Assembly: GCA_964472875.1 (NCBI GenBank)
Contig: CAYYMD010000006.1
Location: 6,236-70,235, forward strand
Source of the DNA: an uncultured Planctomycetaceae bacterium
GTDB lineage: Bacteria; Planctomycetota; Phycisphaerae; SM23-33
Direction: 5' to 3'
DNA length: 64,000 nucleotides
The notes under the pieces are model-generated. The model was not told the origin of the DNA and did no database searches. It saw only the letters and a program-made list of their open reading frames with translations. This document shows positions 18,404-28,220 of this stretch, piece by piece. Made by a program: the position numbers and the translations under genes. Every line of letters begins with the position of its first letter. The stretch's first letter is position 1.

Positions 18404-20512
18404 TTAACTCGCTAATACCAATGGGCTGAAGATTACATAAAGGACTATTGTCAGCAGTACACACAGGAGCCCCGCCACAAGCGCTCCCTTGGAAAATTTC
18501 AACTCAAGGTCGGAACGAATCTCGAAGACGAACGGCTTCTTCAGTGGTGAAAGTATAGTCATCACAGTCATCACTATCAGGCACAACACGAAAGTGATGG
18601 CCATTCGGTTCAGGAAATTGTTCATGAAACCGAGGCCGGCGAATACGCGTGTTTCCTCAGCAAGGTACCACATGGTGCCGTAACTGATTATGCTTGTGAG
18701 CAAACCGGCAACTCCACACATTCGCGGCCCGCGCCGCACAATGAATCCGAACACGAATATCGCCAGAATTCCCGGAGAAATAAGGCCTTGGGAACCCTGA
18801 ATGATAGTGAATATAGAATTGGAGATATTCGGGTTACCCAGCATCGGCGAAAGCACGGCCGCGATAACTGCAAAACTGACTACCGCTATCCGCCCCAGCA
18901 ACACGATGGTGTGTTGCCTGGCATTGGGCGAGATGTATTTTTTATACAGGTCCATGGTAAAAATAGACGACGCGGCGTTTAACATCGCAGCCAACGAACT
19001 GATAACCGCACCAAGCAGCGCTGCAAGCACAAAACCGACCAGCCCGACCTTCTCCGGCAGCACCTCTCCGAGAAGTTGAGCCATAGCAGTATCATATTTA
19101 TAAGCTGTCAGCGCCTGCTTAGTCACCATGCCACCCTCAGCGGTGGCACGTTCTCTGACCATCTTGTTGTACTTCTCCACTTCTTCGGCCAGACCCGGAT
19201 TAACATGCGTCCATGCTCGATCTTCTTTGGAATCAAATACCATGTACGTTGGCGCTTTGAGTTCCTTGTAATCTTCTCGCGTCATCGAAAGCACGTATGG
19301 ATTATCCAATTCGGCCTTAATTTCCTTTTGCTTTTCGGCCATATCATACACGGCGACCAAGTATCTCGAGCCAGGTTCGTCCGGCCAGGATTTGACTTCA
19401 TCCATGCTTGGGTTTTTCTGCACCTCAACGAATCCCGTCTCGGGATTGGCCTTGTAGTAAAGTACCATCGCCTTTCCGGCGTCTCCGCGTGCCTCAAGGC
19501 GCATGTCCCCATAGAACAGGTTAAATGCCAGTATACCCGGGATTACCACTACCATAGGAATAATCAGTTTCAGGAATGCGGAAAATACTATGCCCTTCTG
19601 ACCCTGCGCCAGCGTCGCCGAACCGAGTGTTCTTTGCGTGATGTACTGGTTCAGTCCCCAGTAATAAAAGTTGGGAATCCACAATCCCAGCATCAGAGCC
19701 GTCCAGGGTAAAATATTGTCGCTGGCCGGTAGGAACATATTAAGCCGGCTGCTGTTGACGTCAACAAAACGTTCCATGGCGCCCTTGCCCTCTTCGAGAT
19801 TGACCATTTCCACAGCGCCGGATTTGGTGTCGGTGAACGTTGCGACGACGTCAGCGTCACCGAGCATCTGAAAGGCGAAAAACATCACTATCGCGCCGCC
19901 GATTATCAGCGCGGTCCCCTGCAGCAGATCAGCCCAGACCGAGGCCTTCAGGCCACCGGAGACAACATAAACCATAGCAATAAATGCAATTACCAGAGAA
20001 GGCGCCAACAGGCTTATCTCTATCCCCGCCTTTCCAAGGAGGGTTTGCATAGTCAGTGCCCCGGAATATGTCACCGCCCCCAGCAGAAGCATGTATATAA
20101 GCACGGTGGCTATAGCCATGATACTGCGGGCGGCATTATTGTAACGGTATTCCAGGAACTCCGGCATGGTGTAGATGCCCGCCCTCAGAAAGTATGGCAG
20201 AAAGGCAAAAGCCACCACTACAAGTGTGATGGCCGCCAGCCATTCATAACTGGCGATGGCCATACCCACGTGGCTGGCCGCATTACCGCTCATTCCCACG
20301 AACTGTTCTGTAGAAATGTTGGCCGCTATCAGGGAAAAACCAATCAGGTACCACTTCAATCCACGCCCTGCCAGGAAAAAGTCCTGTGCATCCTTTTCCT
20401 TGCCCTTGACTGTACGGCTCTTCCACAGGGCAACCACTATAACAAAAAGGACAAATCCAACAAAAACAACGTAGTCCAAAATCCCTATGGCAAATCCCAG
20501 TGTCGTATACAT
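18404..20512 (-). CDS. Sodium:solute symporter (SSS/SGLT family) with ~135-aa soluble insertion
   Basis: 702-aa ORF. SSS signature regions (FFLAGR, GGLKA..WADLLQG, LLGAVISSLAAMLNAASSIFTMDLY). AAGGAG SD. Confidence 0.85.
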   Translation of the reverse strand: MYTTLGFAIGILDYVVFVGFVLFVIVVALWKSRTVKGKEKDAQDFFLAGRGLKWYLIGFSLIAANISTEQFVGMSGNAASHVGMAIASYEWLAAITLVVVAFAFLPYFLRAGIYTMPEFLEYRYNNAARSIMAIATVLIYMLLLGAVTYSGALTMQTLLGKAGIEISLLAPSLVIAFIAMVYVVSGGLKASVWADLLQGTALIIGGAIVMFFAFQMLGDADVVATFTDTKSGAVEMVNLEEGKGAMERFVDVNSSRLNMFLPASDNILPWTALMLGLWIPNFYYWGLNQYITQRTLGSATLAQGQKGIVFSAFLKLIIPMVVVIPGILAFNLFYGDMRLEARGDAGKAMVLYYKANPETGFVEVQKNPSMDEVKSWPDEPGSRYLVAVYDMAEKQKEIKAELDNPYVLSMTREDYKELKAPTYMVFDSKEDRAWTHVNPGLAEEVEKYNKMVRERATAEGGMVTKQALTAYKYDTAMAQLLGEVLPEKVGLVGFVLAALLGAVISSLAAMLNAASSIFTMDLYKKYISPNARQHTIVLLGRIAVVSFAVIAAVLSPMLGNPNISNSIFTIIQGSQGLISPGILAIFVFGFIVRRGPRMCGVAGLLTSIISYGTMWYLAEETRVFAGLGFMNNFLNRMAITFVLCLIVMTVMTILSPLKKPFVFEIRSDLELKFSKGALVAGLLCVLLTIVLYVIFSPLVLAS

Positions 20513-20883
20513 GAAGGTAATCTCCTTAATCAGAAAATCTAAGAAATAAACTGTTACCAGTTATACTATTATCGTAGTCGGCACTTTATGTCTCCATTGA
20601 AGAGACTGTATTATGCACCGACAAACTCGGTCGGTGGATGTATAACAAACAATAAGTTCCGTGTATAGGATTTTTTCATCTTTGCCTGTGAACACGGCTT
20701 GACTTTATCCACCTATGAAGAGCGAGAAATCAAAACAAATCCATCCCTGCTCTTCAATTTTTGTTTTTGAAGGCATCCGCACCCACCACTACTCACTGCG
20801 TCAGTCGGCAGCGGGTCTCCGATACGCCTTGCGTTGACCTTCATATTATGACTCCGGCAGGCAACCTCAAATGTCAGGCAAAT

Positions 20884-21225
20884 TCAGCGGACACGACAAT
20901 CTTTGTTGTTATTTTTGACGATCGTTTCAAACGTCGCCACGCACCTATCGGGAGCTTCCCCTGCGGGGAGCTCATGAAGATCGTCGGGGCGAAGCAAGGC
21001 CGGCCTTTGTTCGTTGTCGGTGTGATACACCCGGCGGGTATAGCCGCCTCGCTGGAGATTCGCCAAGTCCCTGGCGTCAATCGGGTCGGTCTTGTCGCCG
21101 TCGGCGTAGATGGCCTTGTTCCGCATAGTAGTCTGTAACGGCGATGCCCCACCGGCAATATTCTGTGTGCGTCGCCGTGCGGGATATTCTCGCCCCTGGC
21201 TCTCGTTCAAATCGGCGATTATCAC
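20884..21225 (-). pseudogene. IS110-family transposase fragment (central part of the N-terminal domain only)
   Basis: 113-aa ORF containing DGDKTDPIDARDLANLQRGGYTRRVYHTDNEQRPALLR, which resembles the KTDKIDA..LA...R motif region. It lacks the N-terminal GIDVSK start and the whole C-terminal domain. Confidence 0.5.
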
Positions 21226-21260
21226 TTTGATAACTCCTTTAAATTAAAGTCATTTATCTG

Positions 21261-23057
21261 TCAAGTCGATTCGCCCAGCACCGCCATAAACGCCTTCTGT
21301 GGAATCTCGACGTTGCTGACCATTTTCATGCGTTTTTTACCTTCCTTCTGTTTCTCCAGCAGTTTCCTTTTGCGCGTAACGTCGCCGCCGTAGCACTTGG
21401 ATGTAACGTTTTTGCGGATGGCCTTTACTGTTTCCCGCGCAATTACCCGCGAGCCGACGGCCGCCTGAAGTGGAATGTCGAACATGTGTCGCGGTATCTC
21501 GCTGCGAAGCCGCTGGATGACATCCCGGCCGCGACGCTGGGCCTTGTCGCGGTGCACGATTATCGAAAGTGCATCGACGCGCTGTTCGTTGACCAGTATG
21601 TCCAGCCGCACAAGGTCTTCGGCACGGTAGCCGATGACCTCGTAGTCCATCGTGCCATATCCGCGCGTGGAGGACTTCAGTTTGTCATAAAAATCGTATA
21701 CGACCTCCGAAAGCGGAAATTCATAGGTAATAATAACCCGCTCGGCCGAAAGATAATCCGTTACCTGGTAAACGCCACGGCGCTGCTCGGACAGCGTCAT
21801 GACTGCCCCGATTGCTTCGGCTGGAACTATGAGGTCGGCGCGTATGTAAGGTTCGCGTATTTCATCGATTTTGCTCACCTCCGGCAGGTCGCCGGGACAA
21901 TCAACTTCTAATTTTTCGCCTTCGGTGGTAAGCACTTCGTAAGGGACAGACGGCGCGGTCTGGACGACGTTGATATCGTGCTCGCGTTCAAGCCGCTCCT
22001 GGACGATCTCCATGTGCAGCATGCCCAGAAATCCGCAGCGGAAACCGAAGCCAAGCGCATCGGAATTTATCGGCTGGTATGTCAGTGCCGAATCGTTCAG
22101 CTCCAGCCGCTGAAGTGCCTGCCGTAGTTGTGGAAACTGCGTGTCCGCCCCCGGGAAAAAGTCGCAAAACACCATCCGCCGCGGCGGGCGATACCCGCCA
22201 AGCCGCTCTGCGGCCGGTTCGTCCGCGCCTGTGACAGTGTCCCCCACGTGCACCGCCGATATATCGCGTATATTTGCTACAATGTAGCCCACCTCCCCGG
22301 CCGAGAGAGAATCGACCTCTGTCGGAGCCGGGTTGAATTTGCCGAGCTCGGATATCTGGTGCTCCTCGCCCGTGCCCATCATGCGAACCTGCTGGCCCGA
22401 TTTCAGCGCACCTTCGAACATGCGAACATAGACTATTACACCGCGATAATCGTCGTAGGTGCTGTCGAAAACGAGCGCCTTTGCGGGCACATCGGCCCGG
22501 CCGCCGGGCGGCGGAAGCTGCGTCACAATGGCCTCGAGTACTTCATCAATGCCCTCGCCGCTCTTTGCGGAAACAAATATACAGTCCTCGGCCGGTCGCT
22601 TGATAAGGTGCTCAATCTCCATTGCCGTATCCTCCGGCCGGGCCGTCGGAAGGTCTATTTTGTTTACCACCGGCACGATGGTCAGCTCGCCCTTCTGGGC
22701 AAGGTGCGCGTTGGCGACGGTCTGCGCCTCAACGCCTTGCGCCGCATCGACCACAAGCAACGTGCCGTCACAGGCGGCCAGAGACCTGTCCACCTCGTAG
22801 TGGAAATCCACGTGGCCGGGCGTGTCTATCATATTAAGCATGTATCGCCGGCCTTTATGTTCATAATAGAACGTTACCGCGGATGACTTGATGGTGATTC
22901 CCCGCTCCCGCTCAAGGTCCATCTCGTCGAGCAGTTGGTCGCGGAACTGTCGCTGCGTAATCGCGCCTGTGCGCAGTAGCATACGATCCGCCAGCGTGCT
23001 CTTGCCATGGTCTATGTGCGCAACGATGCTGAAATTTCTGATTAATTCGCGGTCCAT
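21261..23057 (-). CDS. lepA: Translation elongation factor 4
   Basis: ORF 21261..23174. IRNFSIVAHIDHGKSTLADR, DTPGHVDF, NKIDL. Start at the ATG at 23057 (MDRELIRNF). Confidence 0.95.
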   Translation of the reverse strand: MDRELIRNFSIVAHIDHGKSTLADRMLLRTGAITQRQFRDQLLDEMDLERERGITIKSSAVTFYYEHKGRRYMLNMIDTPGHVDFHYEVDRSLAACDGTLLVVDAAQGVEAQTVANAHLAQKGELTIVPVVNKIDLPTARPEDTAMEIEHLIKRPAEDCIFVSAKSGEGIDEVLEAIVTQLPPPGGRADVPAKALVFDSTYDDYRGVIVYVRMFEGALKSGQQVRMMGTGEEHQISELGKFNPAPTEVDSLSAGEVGYIVANIRDISAVHVGDTVTGADEPAAERLGGYRPPRRMVFCDFFPGADTQFPQLRQALQRLELNDSALTYQPINSDALGFGFRCGFLGMLHMEIVQERLEREHDINVVQTAPSVPYEVLTTEGEKLEVDCPGDLPEVSKIDEIREPYIRADLIVPAEAIGAVMTLSEQRRGVYQVTDYLSAERVIITYEFPLSEVVYDFYDKLKSSTRGYGTMDYEVIGYRAEDLVRLDILVNEQRVDALSIIVHRDKAQRRGRDVIQRLRSEIPRHMFDIPLQAAVGSRVIARETVKAIRKNVTSKCYGGDVTRKRKLLEKQKEGKKRMKMVSNVEIPQKAFMAVLGEST

Positions 23058-23215
23058 AATGAAGATTTTAACATAATCTGCGGCATGAAACAGCAATAGG
23101 GTGGCGGCGTGCCCGATTAATCGCCCGGCGGCGCTCCTACGCAGTCGCGTTTTTACATATCGAAATATTAGCACGGTGGTGTGGGAACGCCACCGCGTAT
23201 GTATGTGGATTTTGC

Positions 23216-23785
23216 CTAACCGCCCAGCGGTGCGTGGTCCATGGCCGTGTATATAGGCCCGCGGGAGGAGAGTTTGCTCGAATAAACCACAACCTCCGCG
23301 GCGTGTTGGCGGCCGAAATCCGTCTCAGCAAACCGCCCGGCCGATTCGCGAATGGTGGCAGTATCACGTACGCGCTTTATCCTGGCCAGCGTGATGTGCG
23401 GACGAAAGGGGCGTGTCTCACGTTTGAAACCAAGTTCGCCGAGTTCATTGCTGAGTTTTTCGTACAGCTCGACCATTCGTCCATGAGGATCTTCCACGCC
23501 ACCCCATATCATCTTAAGGCGACGCCCTTGTGGTGGAATTAGCACCAGGCCGCGAACGCTGAAATCGAACGGACGGATATTTGCAGCTCCCCGCCGCACC
23601 GCGTGGCATACTTCCTTAAGGGCATCTTCATCCACATCACCCAAAAAATTCATCGTCACGTGCAGATTTTCCCGCGCCACCCATCTAATCTTCGCATCGC
23701 CGGCGTCTATCTTCTCGCACGCCCGGCCCAGCGATTTTCGCGCGGCGGCATCTATATCAATTGCGCAGAAGGTTCGAATCGCCAT
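23216..23785 (-). CDS. thpR: RNA 2',3'-cyclic phosphodiesterase (2H phosphoesterase, ThpR/LigT)
   Basis: 189-aa ORF with two HxT/S motifs (HVTMNFLG, HITLAR). Confidence 0.85.
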   Translation of the reverse strand: MAIRTFCAIDIDAAARKSLGRACEKIDAGDAKIRWVARENLHVTMNFLGDVDEDALKEVCHAVRRGAANIRPFDFSVRGLVLIPPQGRRLKMIWGGVEDPHGRMVELYEKLSNELGELGFKRETRPFRPHITLARIKRVRDTATIRESAGRFAETDFGRQHAAEVVVYSSKLSSRGPIYTAMDHAPLGG

Positions 23786-23794
23786 TGTGATGAC

Positions 23795-24700
23795 TCAGAA
23801 CTGTGCGGAATTTCGGAACTCCTCCAGGCCGACATCTATGTCGTTTTTGCTGACGGCCTGCAGGCCGCTGAGTGAAAAATCCTTAAGTGTGATACCGGCC
23901 GTAACCGTTCCGTATGCTACCGCCCGCCGAAGCGAATCATTATCAGAATTTTCGCACGATGCCAGGTAGCCCATCATCGCCCCGGCAAAACTGTCGCCCG
24001 CGCCCGTGGGATCCACCACTTCAATCGACGGATACGCCGGTATCGGATAAACCTTATCGCCTGCAAATATCAAACTGCCGTGCTCGCCCTTCTTGACAAC
24101 CACGAACCCCCTCACCATGTCCGAAATCCGCTCGCCGGCGATGACCACATTGGACTCCTCTGTAAACAGACGCGCCTCGGCGTCGTTGAGCACCAGTCCG
24201 TCCAATTGGCCTATCAGTTCGGTTAATTTTTCCCGTTCGGTGGTTATCCAAAGATCCATGGTGTCGGCCACGACCATCCGTGGGGATTCGAGCTGTCCCA
24301 GAAGCTCCATCTGAAGTGCCGGATGCGTATTTGCCAGAAAAACGAAATCCGAATCGCGGAACTGCTGCGGAATCTGTGGGCCGACCTCCTCCAGCACGTT
24401 TAAATCGACCTCAATAGTATCTCGGACGTTGACATCCTCGTGATATCGGCCGTGCCAGCGGAAGGTCTTTGAGTTCTGACGCACCTCTATACCCGCGGTG
24501 TCTATTTCCTGGTGCCGCTCCAGCGGGGCCAGAAAACCTTCCGGCAGGTCTTCACCCACCACGCCTACCACGCGCACCGGCGAAAAGAAACTGGCCGCGT
24601 AGGCAAAATATACCGCCGAACCGCCAAGGACGTTCTCGGCCGTGCCGGATGGCGCCTCGACCGTGTCAATACCTATACTTCCTGTTACCAATAAAGACAT
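23795..24700 (-). CDS. PfkB-family carbohydrate/nucleoside kinase
   Basis: 301-aa ORF. GG motif near the N-terminus and DPTGAGDSFAGA near the C-terminus. Lies 9 nt upstream of thpR. Confidence 0.8.
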   Translation of the reverse strand: MSLLVTGSIGIDTVEAPSGTAENVLGGSAVYFAYAASFFSPVRVVGVVGEDLPEGFLAPLERHQEIDTAGIEVRQNSKTFRWHGRYHEDVNVRDTIEVDLNVLEEVGPQIPQQFRDSDFVFLANTHPALQMELLGQLESPRMVVADTMDLWITTEREKLTELIGQLDGLVLNDAEARLFTEESNVVIAGERISDMVRGFVVVKKGEHGSLIFAGDKVYPIPAYPSIEVVDPTGAGDSFAGAMMGYLASCENSDNDSLRRAVAYGTVTAGITLKDFSLSGLQAVSKNDIDVGLEEFRNSAQF

Positions 24701-24806
24701 ATCTATTACTCTCTTTTTTTAATTACGAACATGGATTGCAGACCGAAGCGGATATTGTGCCTAAGTGCCCACCATTTTGCAATTATCAATTTTTCTTAGA
24801 TTAGAG

Positions 24807-26297
24807 TTATTCCTCTACATTTTGCAGTTTCAGACACCTGTCAATGCGGGCCAGAGTCTTGTCCCTGCCGAGTATGGCCAGAGTCTGGTCGATACCCGGA
24901 CTCACCTTGGTGCCGGTCACTGCCACGCGCAGCGGCTGGGCGACCTTGCCCATGCCCAGTTCCTTCTTTTGGCAGAAATCCTTTATCGCCTGCTGGAGTT
25001 TATCCGGCTCCCACGGACATTCGCTCAGAACATCGCGAAGTTCCCGCAAAACCTCATAGCCGGCCCCGTCATTCTTGGCCAGCACCTTCTTCACGGCCTT
25101 AGGGTCGTACTCATATGCATCGTCTGAGGCAAAAAGCACGCCGCACTTGTCTGCAATATCCGCAAGCGTCCTGGCGTTGGTATTGGCCCGAAGCAGTTGC
25201 ATGAGCACCTCATCATCCTGCGGTATGGGCACATCCGGATTCAGCGAAAGATAATCTTTCAGCCCCAACAGCAGGCATTGCTCATCCGCGGCAGCCATCG
25301 CATCCGTATTGAACGCCAGCAGTTTGTCGCGGTCAAACCTGGCATTGGCCTTGCCTATTCTCTCGGGGCCGAACAGATCCACCATTTCGTCCAGGGTCAT
25401 CTTCTCCCGGTCACCGCCCGGATTCCAGCCCAGCAGCGCGATGAAATTCACCAGCGCCTCGGGCAGGTAACCCATTTTGCGGAACGAGTGAACCTCCACC
25501 GCCCCGTCCCGTTTAGACAGTTTCCGCCCCTGCATATCGAGTATAAGCGGCAGATGGCAGTACCGCGGCGTCTCGAACCCAAGCGCTTCACGCAGGGCCG
25601 CATGTCGCCACGTCTGGGCGAGAAATTCCTGACCGCGGCAGATATAATTGACACCCATAAGGGCATCATCGACCACGTTGGCCAGATGATACGTCGGCCA
25701 GCCGTCGGCCTTGAGAATAATGAAATCGCTCTGCTCGCTCGGCGGCATAGTCACCTCGCCAAATGCATCGTCACGGATAGTCACTTCCCGCATGGGGCAG
25801 ACGAAGCGCACGGCCACGGGCTTGCCGGCCGCGCGGGCCTGCTCGGCCTCGTCCTTGGTGGGGAACTTCTCAGGGCGCGGGTAGCGGAAGTTCTGCTTTG
25901 CGGCCGCCGCGTCGTCGCGCATCTGCTTTAGTTCTTCTGAGGTCTCAAAAGCGTAGTAGGCCTTGCCCTCGTCCAGCAACTGCTCGACGTAGCGGCGATA
26001 AATATCCAGCCGTTGCGACTGGCGGTATGGTCCGGCGTCACCCTTGTCGATAATACCCCCGTCGTCCAAATCCACGCCCTCATCCCACTCCAGACCAAGC
26101 CAGCGGAGGTCGTCTATTATTTTGGGTATGGCCGTCTCGTCGTGCCGGGCCTGGTCGGTATCTTCTATTCGCAACAGGAATGTCCCGCCGCTCCTGCGTG
26201 CCAGTAGATAGTTATACAAGGCGGTCCGTGCACCGCCAACGTGCAGGTACCCCGTCGGCGACGGCGCAAATCGGGTTTTTAAATTTTTATCACTCAT
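24807..26297 (-). CDS. gltX: Glutamate--tRNA ligase
   Basis: ORF 24807..26390. RFAPSPTGYLHVGGARTAL (HIGH) and KLSKRDG (KMSKS). Start at the ATG at 26297 (MSDKNLK). Confidence 0.95.
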   Translation of the reverse strand: MSDKNLKTRFAPSPTGYLHVGGARTALYNYLLARRSGGTFLLRIEDTDQARHDETAIPKIIDDLRWLGLEWDEGVDLDDGGIIDKGDAGPYRQSQRLDIYRRYVEQLLDEGKAYYAFETSEELKQMRDDAAAAKQNFRYPRPEKFPTKDEAEQARAAGKPVAVRFVCPMREVTIRDDAFGEVTMPPSEQSDFIILKADGWPTYHLANVVDDALMGVNYICRGQEFLAQTWRHAALREALGFETPRYCHLPLILDMQGRKLSKRDGAVEVHSFRKMGYLPEALVNFIALLGWNPGGDREKMTLDEMVDLFGPERIGKANARFDRDKLLAFNTDAMAAADEQCLLLGLKDYLSLNPDVPIPQDDEVLMQLLRANTNARTLADIADKCGVLFASDDAYEYDPKAVKKVLAKNDGAGYEVLRELRDVLSECPWEPDKLQQAIKDFCQKKELGMGKVAQPLRVAVTGTKVSPGIDQTLAILGRDKTLARIDRCLKLQNVEE

Positions 26298-26356
26298 ACA
26301 TATTAACGTACCGGCCCACACGATTCTTTTCAATGCAATTGGTATGTTCCTGATCA

Positions 26357-26385
26357 TTGTCAAACCGGCTTCGCGCCAATACAAT
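26357..26385 (+). promoter_or_regulatory. Possible glnS promoter
   Basis: TTGTCA (26357-26362), 17-nt spacer, TACAAT (26380-26385), 30 nt upstream of the glnS ATG. Confidence 0.35.
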
Positions 26386-26414
26386 GCCAAATTACCCGTA
26401 AGATTGGATCAACT

Positions 26415-28136
26415 ATGAACCAAGACAAAGACAGCAAAAAACTCGACTTCATCCGCCAGATCGTCGCCGACGATAAAAAAGCCGGTAAGTGGGATGGCCA
26501 TGTCGTAACACGCTTCCCGCCCGAGCCGAACGGATACCTCCACATCGGCCACGCCAAGGCGGTGTGGATAAACTACGGCATCGCGCAGGAATTCGGCGGG
26601 CGGTTCCACCTCCGCATGGACGACACGAATCCCATGGCCGAGGAGGAGGCGTACGTGGCCGCGATAAAAGAGGACGTCGCATGGCTCGGCGCCGACTGGG
26701 GCGAGCGATTCCACTACGCCAGTGACTACTTCGAGCAAATGTACGAATACGCCGTTGAACTGGCGAAAAAGGGCAAGGCCTACGTGGATGATCTCTCGGC
26801 CGAGGAAATCCGCGAATATCGCGGCACACTGACCTCACCGGGCAGGAACAGCCCCTACCGCGACCGCCCCGTCGCCGAGAACCTCGATTTGCTCGATCGC
26901 ATGAAGACCGGCGAGTTCCCCAACGGGTCGCGCGTCCTGCGGGCGAAAATCGATATGGCACACCCGAACATGAACATGCGCGACCCGGTAATGTACCGCA
27001 TCCTCCACGCCGAACACCCCCACCGAGGCGGAAAGTGGTGCATCTATCCCACCTACGACTGGGCCCACGGGCTGGAGGACTCCATCGAGGGCGTCACGCA
27101 CTCACTGTGCTCGCTGGAGTTCGAGAACCACCGCCCGCTTTACAACTGGTTCATAGACGCAATAAACGACGGCCGCGATGATAAAATTCATCATCCACAG
27201 CAGATTGAATTCGCGCGGTTCAACCTGACATACACGGTGATGTCAAAGCGCCTGCTGCGCGAACTGGTCGACGGCGGGCACGTTTGCGGCTGGGACGACC
27301 CGCGCCTGCCGACCATTCGCGGCCTGCGTCGCCGCGGATTCACGCCGGAGGCCATCCGCGATTTTATGAAGCACATCGGCGTCAACAAGTTCGTCAGCAC
27401 CATCGAGGTCGAACTGCTGGAGCATTTCCTGCGGCAAGACCTGAACAAACGCGCTCCGCGGCGGATGGCCGTACTGCGGCCGCTGAAGGTGGTCATAGAC
27501 AATTACCCCGATGGGCAAATCGAGCAACTCGAAGCGATAAACAATCCCGAGGATGAGTCGGCCGGCGTGCGGCAGGTGCCCTTCTCCAGGGTAATCTACA
27601 TCGAGCGCGGCGACTTCATGGAGGACCCGCCGAAAAAGTTCTACCGTCTCTCGCCCGGCCGGGAAGTCCGCCTGCGCTACGCGTACTTCATTAAGTGCAA
27701 CGACGTTGTCAAGGATGAATACGGAAACGTCGTGGAGGTCCACTGCACGTACGACCCGGCCACGCGCGGCGGCGACGCCCCCGACGGGCGGAAGGTCAAG
27801 TCCACGCTGCACTGGGTGGCGGCCAAGACGGCCGTCGAGGCCGAGGTCCGCCTGTACGACCGCCTGTTCATCAGGGAAGACCCCACGAATACGCCCGAAG
27901 GCGGCGACTGGAAGGATAATATCAACCCCGACTCGCTGGAGGTGCTAACCGGCTGCAAACTCGAACCGTCACTGGCCGACATCACACCCGGCTGGATATG
28001 CCAGTTCGAGCGCAAGGGCTATTTCTGTGTCGACCCCGACAGCACCTCCGAAAACCCCGTCTTCAACCGCACAGTAACACTAAAAGACACCTGGGCCAAA
28101 ATCCAAAAACGCCGACAAAAACAAAACAAATCTTAG
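26415..28136 (+). CDS. glnS: Glutamine--tRNA ligase
   Basis: 573-aa [25 protein letters not shown], and a C-terminal anticodon-binding beta-barrel region. Confidence 0.95.
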   Translation: MNQDKDSKKLDFIRQIVADDKKAGKWDGHVVTRFPPEPNGYLHIGHAKAVWINYGIAQEFGGRFHLRMDDTNPMAEEEAYVAAIKEDVAWLGADWGERFHYASDYFEQMYEYAVELAKKGKAYVDDLSAEEIREYRGTLTSPGRNSPYRDRPVAENLDLLDRMKTGEFPNGSRVLRAKIDMAHPNMNMRDPVMYRILHAEHPHRGGKWCIYPTYDWAHGLEDSIEGVTHSLCSLEFENHRPLYNWFIDAINDGRDDKIHHPQQIEFARFNLTYTVMSKRLLRELVDGGHVCGWDDPRLPTIRGLRRRGFTPEAIRDFMKHIGVNKFVSTIEVELLEHFLRQDLNKRAPRRMAVLRPLKVVIDNYPDGQIEQLEAINNPEDESAGVRQVPFSRVIYIERGDFMEDPPKKFYRLSPGREVRLRYAYFIKCNDVVKDEYGNVVEVHCTYDPATRGGDAPDGRKVKSTLHWVAAKTAVEAEVRLYDRLFIREDPTNTPEGGDWKDNINPDSLEVLTGCKLEPSLADITPGWICQFERKGYFCVDPDSTSENPVFNRTVTLKDTWAKIQKRRQKQNKS

Positions 28137-28220
28137 GGCCTGAAACTCTGCTGCCGGCGGAAAGGATTTCATTCACAACGGCGATGACGGAACGCTCGTG
28201 ACATGAACAAACATGAACAA

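Noticed and set aside
20705-20713. DnaA-box-like TTATCCACC (and a perfect TGTGGATAA at 26563-26571), considered as oriC given dnaB and ssb in the window
   Set aside because: These are single isolated boxes, one of them inside glnS. There is no cluster, no AT-rich DUE and no dnaA or dnaN nearby.
20761-21138. 125-aa plus-strand ORF overlapping the IS110 remnant
   Set aside because: The opposite-strand frame carries the recognisable KTDxIDA..LA transposase motif. The plus-strand product has no features.
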